This document shows positions 25,045 through 31,863 of a stretch of DNA of 32,000 nucleotides, one piece after another. The notes under the pieces were generated by a model, which was given only the letters and a program-made list of their open reading frames with translations, made no database searches and was not told the origin of the DNA. A program made the position numbers and the translations under genes. Location of the stretch: positions 90,001 to 122,000 of IMG/VR virus record IMGVR_UViG_3300015608_001846. One strand, 5' to 3'. This DNA is from a virus. Every line of letters starts with the position of its first letter. The first letter of the stretch is position 1.

Positions 25045-25383
25045 TCAACGTGGGTGTTGAACCCAATCGTCGACGTCTCCAGACGGACGCACCAACAACT
25101 CATAGACGATTGAAGCCGATTCGATCCCAAACCGCAGCTTGTCAGGCATTGACATGTACCTAACGGTGCCGTCATCGACAAGAGCCAGCATCAGGGTCTC
25201 AACGACTGAGATCCCCAACCCGAGCTCCAACGCCAGTTCACCCAAATATACGCCCTTGCCGCTGTTAAAGGACCTTACCATGCAACGCATGATTTTTCTG
25301 AAGGCTGCCTGTGAAGGCTTTCCGCTAGCTTCGTGCCACCATGCCATGGTCAAAAAATACCGTATTGACGTCCTCTGTTTCAT
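25045..25383 (-). CDS. Putative winged-helix DNA-binding protein (112 aa)
   Basis: VYLGELALELGLGISVVETLMLALVDDGTVRYM has the look of a MarR/DeoR-type wHTH recognition region. Called by eye only. Confidence 0.4.
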   Translation of the reverse strand: MKQRTSIRYFLTMAWWHEASGKPSQAAFRKIMRCMVRSFNSGKGVYLGELALELGLGISVVETLMLALVDDGTVRYMSMPDKLRFGIESASIVYELLVRPSGDVDDWVQHPR

Positions 25384-25426
25384 AGTTCTGAAAAACTAAA
25401 AGAACAAAGCGTCAACCGGTCATCAA

Positions 25427-25442
25427 TGATTCACTTGAATCA
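25427..25442. promoter_or_regulatory. 16-bp palindrome TGATTCA-CT-TGAATCA upstream of the wHTH gene (candidate operator)
   Basis: The arms are a perfect 7+7 bp. The site lies 44-59 nt upstream of ATG 25383. Confidence 0.3.
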
Positions 25443-25452
25443 CCGAGGTCGA

Positions 25453-25650
25453 CTAGCACAAATCGAACACCCACGCAGGGGCTTCGGCGACCTTTGATGA
25501 CTCATCGACAGGTTTCATCAAAGAGGATGAAGCACTGCTCCTGTTGGGCCTGGTCGAGTTCAATTTCTGGAACAGGGCCGCAGCCTTGCGGTGCTTTCGA
25601 GAGGCCACACGCTTGAGCTCCTCAGCCATGTACTCCGCAGACACCGCCAT
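25453..25650 (-). CDS. Hypothetical protein (65 aa)
   Basis: An ORF with a good SD (AAGGTGA) upstream of ATG 25650. Confidence 0.45.
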   Translation of the reverse strand: MAVSAEYMAEELKRVASRKHRKAAALFQKLNSTRPNRSSASSSLMKPVDESSKVAEAPAWVFDLC

Positions 25651-25696
25651 GGTCTACATCACCTTATGTTGAACTTCTCTCAAAGAAACCAAGTCG

Positions 25697-26068
25697 TCAA
25701 CGCAGGCGATCGAGCACGCGTGCTGCCAGATCGATGACAGTTTGTTCGACGTCAAACTTTTGCTTGAATGCATCAACGATCGCTTCTTCAAGCTTGGTTC
25801 GATCGACCTCCGGGCCCACAAGGCCTTGCAAACCCGCTGCGACGCTGTCAGCGTCAAAGCCTTCCAACAGACTCTCAACCTCGTCGACGATGAGATCCGC
25901 GACGCTCGAGGCGGCTTGAACCGTCGATCTGTCTTTCTTTGCGTAACCGAACCCTGTAGCTGGGTTCTTGCGACCGGTGTGCTGCGGGCGGCGCGCCTGT
26001 GTCAGGCCAGCAGCAGTGTCGATCTCTTCCTTGACGATCTGTCGAAGTTGTTGCTGTGTGATCTTCAT
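25697..26068 (-). CDS. Small acidic helical protein, member 'b' of the N-terminal-motif family (123 aa)
   Basis: It starts MKITQQQLRQIVKEEIDTA at ATG 26068, which overlaps the stop of member 'a' as ATGA. The upstream extension in the track is unlikely. Confidence 0.6.
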   Translation of the reverse strand: MKITQQQLRQIVKEEIDTAAGLTQARRPQHTGRKNPATGFGYAKKDRSTVQAASSVADLIVDEVESLLEGFDADSVAAGLQGLVGPEVDRTKLEEAIVDAFKQKFDVEQTVIDLAARVLDRLR

Positions 26069-26400
26069 CTTGTTGGTTCCCATTCTCCCATGCTGTACTG
26101 CGGATCCCAAACGTAGACCCGACCATCTGCTGCTTTGACCTCGATGCGGCCGTCGCCCAATAGGACAAATTGGTCATCACAATCTTCGATCAGGTACCTG
26201 ATCCAGGCGTTAAACGCCTGAGAATCAAACTTCTTGAGGTCAAAGACGCCGCCCAATGGTTGTCGCATCTTGGGTCGAGCGTCGTTCGGAACAGAAACGC
26301 CTCGACCCGATCGAGGTGCTTGGGCTCGCGACCTGTTGGTCGCTTTGGTGATCTCTTCGCTGATGATCTTTCGAATCAAAGAACCAGTAGACAATTTCAT
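26065..26400 (-). CDS. Small protein, member 'a' of the N-terminal-motif family (111 aa)
   Basis: It starts MKLSTGSLIRKIISEEITKA... AAAGGG lies upstream of the ATG. Confidence 0.6.
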   Translation of the reverse strand: MKLSTGSLIRKIISEEITKATNRSRAQAPRSGRGVSVPNDARPKMRQPLGGVFDLKKFDSQAFNAWIRYLIEDCDDQFVLLGDGRIEVKAADGRVYVWDPQYSMGEWEPTR

Positions 26401-26485
26401 GACCCTTTCAACCTAGTGATACATGCTGTTAATAACCAAAACGACCCGACCTGTTCACAAAGAGAAGAACGGCCTCCAGACCACC

Positions 26486-26761
26486 TCAGTAATCGATGTC
26501 GGAGTTAGCGCCTTCGTAACTGTCAAGTTCACTAGAGACTGCATCCTCGACGAGCTCTCGAAGCCACCTCGCAGCCTCTTCAGGAGCAGTAAACTTGCCT
26601 AACAACGCGTTAAACAAAGCACTAACAGCATCATACAGACCGGCATCATGTGCCATTCCAGACACATCCTCGAAGTTGGCAGCTTCGTTAAGTGAACGCG
26701 AACGCAAAGTCTTGATTTCTTGCTTGACGATCTGTCGAAGCTGCTGTTGTGTAATTCGTAT
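26486..26761 (-). CDS. Member 'c' of the N-terminal-motif family; no canonical start codon at the family-aligned position (possibly decaying)
   Basis: The frame reads (ATA)I-RITQQQLRQIVKQEIKTLRSRSLNEAANFEDV...SDIDY. It shares 18 identical nt (cttcgacagatcgtcaag) with member b. ATA 26761-26759 aligns with the ATG of b. The first canonical start is TTG 26707, which would remove the motif. Confidence 0.45.
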   Translation of the reverse strand: MRITQQQLRQIVKQEIKTLRSRSLNEAANFEDVSGMAHDAGLYDAVSALFNALLGKFTAPEEAARWLRELVEDAVSSELDSYEGANSDIDY

Positions 26762-26769
26762 GGTATTAT

Positions 26770-28116
26770 CTATCTCAGTCCCAGGACTAAATTTCCACAG
26801 CCAAAGATCATTTCAACTCCTGCTTCATCTGCAACTTGTTGCTGCGTCAGCCCTCTTGAAGGATCAGCCTTGTAACGAAAGCGATCGTAGCGGTGGACGC
26901 TGTCGGTCCACCAGAACCTAGGCGCAGTCTCGCGTAGGACCTCAAACCCCGCAGCGAGGTAGCCCTTGCCTGAACCGATCCTACGATCAACGTACGTCAT
27001 CAATCCCAAGGCGCCAGACGCCTTGGCCCAGGCAAGGGCACGACGAGATAACCTTGACAGTGAACCTGGGACGTTGCCGGCTGTCGCAAAGCGTGAGACC
27101 TCATAGTGATCAGCGTTGCCCCTGTGAAAGGGACGACGCAACGACATTGCAGCAAGGATTTTACCCTCGTGGACGAGGCCCCAAGCGACGGTCGCCCGTG
27201 TGTCACCATCGATGTGATGGTCGTCAAAGAACTGCCTCCTGGCAGCGGGTGTCAGCTGCTCGACCTTGCACTGTCGGGCTCCCACCAGCTTGGGCTCCTG
27301 ACCCAAACGGTGCTTGATCATCCTTTCAACGATCGCCCGCTTGTCGCGCCACTCGTCCTCAAACACACGCAGGACATCGATCCCAGCGGCGTCACAGGCC
27401 CGCTGCTTATCAACAGTTCGCTTGGGCACCGCGCGAGGGCCACTGTGCCAGTACAGGCCGTCATACTCCACGGCAAATTTTCTGGAGGGGACGTAAACGT
27501 CGAGTTCCTTCGGAGCGATCACGGTGCGATCTGACAGCACCGCGTCGGGAGCCAACGACCTGACGAAGTCATAGATTTCGGACTGGGCGTTCAAGGCTGA
27601 ACCCAGGTCGAACGACGTCGGACCTGTGACCCGCGAGTCCATGCGCGAGCTGGGGTCTCGGATCGTGGTTGTCACAGTGGACCTTTGCGGACCTGTCGCG
27701 TGCAGGCACGCGACCGGCGGAGACGGCGACTCAACGAGCGTGGGCGCGGCTGACACGACGTCTCCGGTGCGCGTGTTTTTTAAGCCTGCGTTCCACGCCT
27801 TGATCCTTCCTGTCTTGAAGCCGTCGAGGCGCTTCTGGACAAAGCCCCTCTGCCGTTCAGGATCCTTGTAGACACTGTCGACGTTGGCATTGTGACCACG
27901 GATGAACCTCGAGACGTACCCCTTCTTCCAACCGGCCCAGGCGACTGCGCCGCCACAACCACATGCACAAACGGGCGCGGACGCTGAGCGCACGGTTCTG
28001 AGGTACAGCCCCTCGTCGGCCTCGCTTCCGTGTTCGTGCATGTGATGATGCAGGAACCGCAGTTCCTGTCCAAAGTCGCGATCACAATTGGGACACTTGA
28101 TACGAATGAATGCCAC
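26770..28116 (-). CDS. Free-standing homing endonuclease (C2H2 zinc finger + Cys-rich/NUMOD-like region + Vsr/DUF559-like PD-(D/E)XK core + conserved C-terminal domain)
   Basis: Motifs are CPNCDRDFGQELRFLHHHMHEH, CACGCGGAVAWAGWKKGY..RGHNANV, AWNAGL, and the nuclease core ELDVYVPSRKFAVEYDGLYWH...VFEDEW. The C-terminal ~190 aa (HIDGD, SRLSRR, MTYVDRRIGSGKGYLAAGF, PRFWWTD) are clearly paralogous to 29629-31359. Confidence 0.8.
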   Translation of the reverse strand: MAFIRIKCPNCDRDFGQELRFLHHHMHEHGSEADEGLYLRTVRSASAPVCACGCGGAVAWAGWKKGYVSRFIRGHNANVDSVYKDPERQRGFVQKRLDGFKTGRIKAWNAGLKNTRTGDVVSAAPTLVESPSPPVACLHATGPQRSTVTTTIRDPSSRMDSRVTGPTSFDLGSALNAQSEIYDFVRSLAPDAVLSDRTVIAPKELDVYVPSRKFAVEYDGLYWHSGPRAVPKRTVDKQRACDAAGIDVLRVFEDEWRDKRAIVERMIKHRLGQEPKLVGARQCKVEQLTPAARRQFFDDHHIDGDTRATVAWGLVHEGKILAAMSLRRPFHRGNADHYEVSRFATAGNVPGSLSRLSRRALAWAKASGALGLMTYVDRRIGSGKGYLAAGFEVLRETAPRFWWTDSVHRYDRFRYKADPSRGLTQQQVADEAGVEMIFGCGNLVLGLR

Positions 28117-28994
28117 AAGAGTTATATTACTACCTGGATCAATTTAGATTGGTGATGGGAAAGAAATTTGATTTTGTTGCGATGGACGTCGACTGGGGTG
28201 AATTCACCGCAGACTACGTCTCTGTTTACTGTTACGTCGACACGACGCTCGATGATAACACACCTGTGTACGTTGGGTTGGGTTCTGGTCCTCGCATCAG
28301 GCACAAGCGTGCAAGAAATCAGAAACACCTGAACATTGCACTGAAGCACAGGATCAAGAGGACAGTCGTCGCCTCGTACTCCAAGGACGCTAAGCAGCTA
28401 GCGTGCGACAACGAGAAGAGGCTGATCGCTGAGCTAGGGACGTTCAGCACTCGCACGAACAAGGGCTGCAACTTCACCCTGGGAGGCGATGGGACCGCTG
28501 GGCACATCATCTCAGAAGAAGAAAAGGAACGTCGGCGCGCGCGACAGACGGGCGACGGTAACGTCGCAAAACGTCCGGATGTTCGAAGAAAGATCAGCGA
28601 ATCACAACGCGGGAAGAAATTCTCAAAAGAGAGACGACAAAATATCTCAGAGGCAAAGAAAGGAAAAGCAATGCCTGATGAAACACGTCAAAAGATCAGC
28701 AAGTCAATGTCTGCGACGATGTCAAGGAATCATGCCCAGCGCAACGCCCACCTGGTCCCATTGCACCAAGAGATCATCAGGTTGCGTAATTCAGGGTTAA
28801 GCATCATCGATGTCATGACTCAGGTTTCAGCAATGTTCAAAAGAGAGGTCAAGTACTCCAGCGTTACAAACACGGTCCACGTTCACAAAAAAGGACAGTG
28901 TCAGACGTGTAACAACAACCCAATAGAAGTTGATCGATCCAGAGCACAACAAACGACACAAGCATCCGATCAGTTAACTGATTTGAATGCTTGA
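28110..28994 (+). CDS. GIY-YIG family homing endonuclease with NUMOD3-like repeats (Seg / I-TevI-like)
   Basis: The region VSVYCYVD...TPVYVGLGSGPRIRHK...NEKRLIAELG is GIY-YIG-like. Repeats are RRKISESQRGKKFSKERRQNISEAKKGKAMPDETRQKISKSMS. The start may be ATG 28155 (MGKKFDF) rather than 28110. The gene is visibly more A/T-rich than the flanking tail genes. Confidence 0.7.
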   Translation: MPQELYYYLDQFRLVMGKKFDFVAMDVDWGEFTADYVSVYCYVDTTLDDNTPVYVGLGSGPRIRHKRARNQKHLNIALKHRIKRTVVASYSKDAKQLACDNEKRLIAELGTFSTRTNKGCNFTLGGDGTAGHIISEEEKERRRARQTGDGNVAKRPDVRRKISESQRGKKFSKERRQNISEAKKGKAMPDETRQKISKSMSATMSRNHAQRNAHLVPLHQEIIRLRNSGLSIIDVMTQVSAMFKREVKYSSVTNTVHVHKKGQCQTCNNNPIEVDRSRAQQTTQASDQLTDLNA

Positions 28995-29017
28995 ACGTTC
29001 CAAGTTATTGTTTTTGT

Positions 29018-29506
29018 TCAATATTGAAGAACCGCGTTGTCGAATCGAAGAGTGAGACTGATTTCAGTAGGAGTCCCATCATCATACGTCAATTCTCCGA
29101 AATTTGCTTCGGTGATGAAGGCACCCTTAATATCCCACAACTCTACGACGGTACCGACTGGATCCAAACACTTCAACTGTATGTCACGCTTGTAGAAGTC
29201 AGCGTAGCCGGCGCGCCCCGACACCGACTCGAAGTGCAATCGCACCCACTCCATGACCTGCTGTGCCCCTGACGGAGCAATCGGATCGTGTAGGGTGACT
29301 GGGATGGTGTTGAACTTCGTCACCCCGGCCAGGTAACGTCGGGCGTTGATGAAGGGAAGTTCGACTTCCTCAGTGGTGTACGTCGGCCGGGCTGCGGTCT
29401 TGATGATGTACGCATCGATGCCCTCGATCATCAGAACCCAGCGATTTTTACGCTTGGGCTCAAACTTATTCGGAAGCATTGAGGTCACATCTAGCGTTTC
29501 TGCCAT
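29018..29506 (-). CDS. Tail tube protein, T4 gp19-like
   Basis: The sequence is MAETLDVTSMLPNKFEPKRKNRWVLMIEGIDAYIIKTAARPTYTTEEVELPFINARRYLAG...ISLTLRFDNAVLQY. AGGAG lies 7 nt upstream of ATG 29506. The track start at 29581 is an upstream extension. Confidence 0.7.
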   Translation of the reverse strand: MAETLDVTSMLPNKFEPKRKNRWVLMIEGIDAYIIKTAARPTYTTEEVELPFINARRYLAGVTKFNTIPVTLHDPIAPSGAQQVMEWVRLHFESVSGRAGYADFYKRDIQLKCLDPVGTVVELWDIKGAFITEANFGELTYDDGTPTEISLTLRFDNAVLQY

Positions 29507-29526
29507 TTTGTAATCTCCTAGTGATT

Positions 29527-29543
29527 TGCAACGCTGTGTTGCA
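29527..29543 (-). promoter_or_regulatory. 6-bp-stem hairpin tgcaac-gctgt-gttgca in the tail-tube leader
   Basis: A perfect inverted repeat about 20 nt upstream of the tube SD. Confidence 0.3.
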
Positions 29544-29628
29544 CAATGATAGTTAGCACGATCCACGACATCGCATTCCAAAAAGTGTGTACAAAAGTTA
29601 ACATTGTTGTACCTTAACGCTAGAATCG

Positions 29629-31359
29629 ATGGGTGCCGTTAAAGGTAAGAAGCTCGAGACACTAACGTGTCCGATTTGCCACATTTTTTCGTCGAAGCGC
29701 TTGACCAACTTTGAGGATCATCTAGCGCTCGAACACCACACGACAGCAAGAATATTATGGAACTCATTGAACAACGGACCTATTCTTTGTGGCTGCGGTT
29801 GCGGCAATGAAGCGCCCTTCCACGGCTGGAAGCACGGTTACGGCAAGTTCATCATCGGTCACAATGCAAATGTCTACAGCTCGTATGCACCCGAACGGGC
29901 AGCAGAACTGATCAAACAACGAAGTGAATCCCTTGCAGGAAAGACGGGATGGGCAAAGGGTCTGACCAAGGAATCTGACGACAGGATCGCAAAACGAGCG
30001 AAAGCAACATCCGAAGGTCGACGACGAGCATTCATCGATGGAGATATCGTCGCCTGGAATAAAGGTCTGACCAAGGACAATGATCCCAGGGTCGCAGCAG
30101 CCGCCGTAGCTCAACAACAGCGATTCGAGGCTAAAGACGTTCGACCTTGGGCTGAAGGCAAGACTGAAGCGGGTGATGAATGCATTCTTCGAAAAAACAA
30201 TGCACTTCGAAAAAGGTACGCCAAAGGAGAGCTTGAACCTTGGTACAAGGGAAAGACGATCGCGTCTGAACCTCGATTAGAAAAACTCTGGCAACACCGT
30301 GATCCTGTCAAAGAGTATGCTGGTATCCGATGGACGGATGATGAGATCAGGGGAAAACTTGCAGGGAACATGCAACTCATCCTGCAAGACATCGACGGTT
30401 ACAGAAATGATCGGATCCCGGCGCTGGTTGTCATGTGCAGGACGTGCAGTGAAACATCGAAGGTTTCACTTGTCTTTGCAAGAAACGATCGCTGCCATCG
30501 ATGTAACCCTACGAGCTCGGCCGGTCAGAATCAGATCGCTGATTGGTTGGAATCACTGGGACTCAAGGTCGGTCGCAATGTCAAGGGCATCATCGGAAAT
30601 CGTCAAGAGCTTGACGTATACGTTCCTTCGCACAAGCTAGCGATCGAATTCAATGGACTCTATTGGCACAATGAAGCAGGTGGTAAGGGACCCAAGTACC
30701 ATCAAAATAAGTCGAATCGGTGCGCTGAACTCGGGATCACACTGCAACATGTCTTCGAAGACGAATGGTATGAACGACCTGACATCGTCAAATCGATGAT
30801 CATGCATCGACTGTCAATGACACCCAAGCGTACTTCTGCTCGTAAGTGCAATCTTCGTGAGGCAACGATCGATGAACGTCGAACGTTCTTCGAAGCAAAT
30901 CACATTGATGGTGATGTGCCTTCAACGAAGGCATGGTGCCTCGTCGACGAAGAAGAGATCGTAGCGTGTATCTCGATACGAAAACCGTTTCACAAATCAC
31001 AAAGCAAATTGATCGAAATCGCTAGGTTTTCGACCAAAACGTACACTTCTTGCGCCGGCGCCCTAAGCAGATTGATGCGATGTGTGGTTGCATACACTCT
31101 AGAACACAAGCTCGCGGGAGTGATGACGTACGTTGACACACGCTTCGGTAATCGAGGAAAAGGTTACTGTAGCGCAGGTATGACATTCACAAAAGAAACA
31201 GAACCTAGGTTCTGGTGGACAGACAACCACCATCGATTCAATCGATTCAAGTTTCGAGCCGACAGAGGGAGGCAGATGTCAGAAGCTCAGGTCGCAGAAG
31301 CTGCTGACGTCGTCAAGATCTGGGGTTGCAAGAATCTTGTGTACCAAATCAACGTCTGA
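29629..31359 (+). CDS. Free-standing homing endonuclease, paralogue of 26770-28116, with four tandem NUMOD-like W-x-K/E-G-x-T modules
   Basis: Motifs are CPICHIFSSKRLTNFEDHLALEHH and CGCGCGNEAPFHGWKHGY..IGHNANV. The repeats are GWAKGLTKESD, AWNKGLTKDND, PWAEGKTE and PWYKGKT. The nuclease core is ELDVYVPSHKLAIEFNGLYWH...VFEDEW. The C-terminal domain has HIDGD, SRLMRC, MTYVDTRFGNRGKGYCSAGM and PRFWWTD. Confidence 0.8.
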   Translation: MGAVKGKKLETLTCPICHIFSSKRLTNFEDHLALEHHTTARILWNSLNNGPILCGCGCGNEAPFHGWKHGYGKFIIGHNANVYSSYAPERAAELIKQRSESLAGKTGWAKGLTKESDDRIAKRAKATSEGRRRAFIDGDIVAWNKGLTKDNDPRVAAAAVAQQQRFEAKDVRPWAEGKTEAGDECILRKNNALRKRYAKGELEPWYKGKTIASEPRLEKLWQHRDPVKEYAGIRWTDDEIRGKLAGNMQLILQDIDGYRNDRIPALVVMCRTCSETSKVSLVFARNDRCHRCNPTSSAGQNQIADWLESLGLKVGRNVKGIIGNRQELDVYVPSHKLAIEFNGLYWHNEAGGKGPKYHQNKSNRCAELGITLQHVFEDEWYERPDIVKSMIMHRLSMTPKRTSARKCNLREATIDERRTFFEANHIDGDVPSTKAWCLVDEEEIVACISIRKPFHKSQSKLIEIARFSTKTYTSCAGALSRLMRCVVAYTLEHKLAGVMTYVDTRFGNRGKGYCSAGMTFTKETEPRFWWTDNHHRFNRFKFRADRGRQMSEAQVAEAADVVKIWGCKNLVYQINV

Positions 31360-31436
31360 TCGTCAAGGGACCGGCGCCGGATCTCTTCCTTGATCAATCG
31401 CTTGAGGGTCGCCCCTGTCAACGTCTTCGACCTCAT
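31287..31436 (-). pseudogene. Remnant 'd' of the N-terminal-motif family, truncated by the HEG at 29629-31359
   Basis: From ATG 31436 it reads MRSKTLTGATLKRLIKEEIRRRSLDD. From codon 27 the frame runs antisense through the 3' end of the HEG to a stop at 31287. The paralogues are 90-123 aa long. Confidence 0.5.
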
Positions 31437-31437
31437 C

Positions 31438-31829
31438 TCAAGGTTCCCAGATCTTGAACGTCTGAACGGCGCGCCAGCTGATTGTCCCAAACAGGATGCC
31501 GGAAGCTCTCGCCCGGAAGCTGTGGCCGTCGACATCAAGGTCAGTCGATGCGTCTAACAAGGCAAGGTCGCCCTGGACCGAACCCACCAACGAGATGTCG
31601 ACGCGTGTGATGGTGTCATTGACGATCTTGAACGTTGCATCCTTGACGACTTTTACGACGCTACCACCAGAATAACCAAAAACTCTCCCGTGACACTGAC
31701 AATGCAGTTGTCGAGGATGGGATCGAACCCTAGGTCGTCATTGATGTGAATCGAACTGATCGTCGTCAGTCCCGTGCCGCTAGCGTCACCGATATTTTGG
31801 TACGACTGAAAATCAGGGAGTCTCGCCAT
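31438..31829 (-). pseudogene. Hypothetical ~126-aa gene broken by a frameshift at a T5 run (A5 on the plus strand, 31678-31682)
   Basis: My own translation gives MARLPDFQSYQNIGDASGTGLTTISSIHINDDLGFDPILDNCIVSVTGEF, which then stops after 8 more codons (stop 31655-31653). The -1 frame continues from the T-run as ...FGYSGGSVVKVVKDATFKIVNDTITRVDISLVGSVQGDLALLDASTDLDVDGHSFRARASGILFGTISWRAVQTFKIWEP (stop 31440-31438). Confidence 0.4.
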
Positions 31830-31863
31830 TGTGTTGTTCTCTTGCTTGCCTTTCTTGAGAGTT

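Noticed and set aside
25410-25415. The TTGACG hexamer upstream of the wHTH gene might be a sigma70 -35 box.
   Set aside because: There is no acceptable -10 hexamer at 16-18 nt spacing. The ATG is only about 32 nt downstream. I also spotted no T4-late-type TATAAATA in any leader I read.
26723-31406. An identical 29-nt spacing separates the stop codons of the two paralogous HEGs (26770 and 31359) from the conserved family motif, hinting at a shared homing site.
   Set aside because: The motif is in opposite orientation relative to the two HEGs. The nucleotide similarity between the two junctions does not exceed what the peptide motif imposes. I keep it only as a proximity observation.
31678-31682. 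The T5 frameshift site might be a programmed -1 tail-assembly-chaperone frameshift (as in lambda G/GT or P2 E/E').
   Set aside because: The site is not a canonical slippery heptamer. I saw no downstream stimulatory structure. The gene lies upstream of the tube gene rather than between the tube and tape measure genes.
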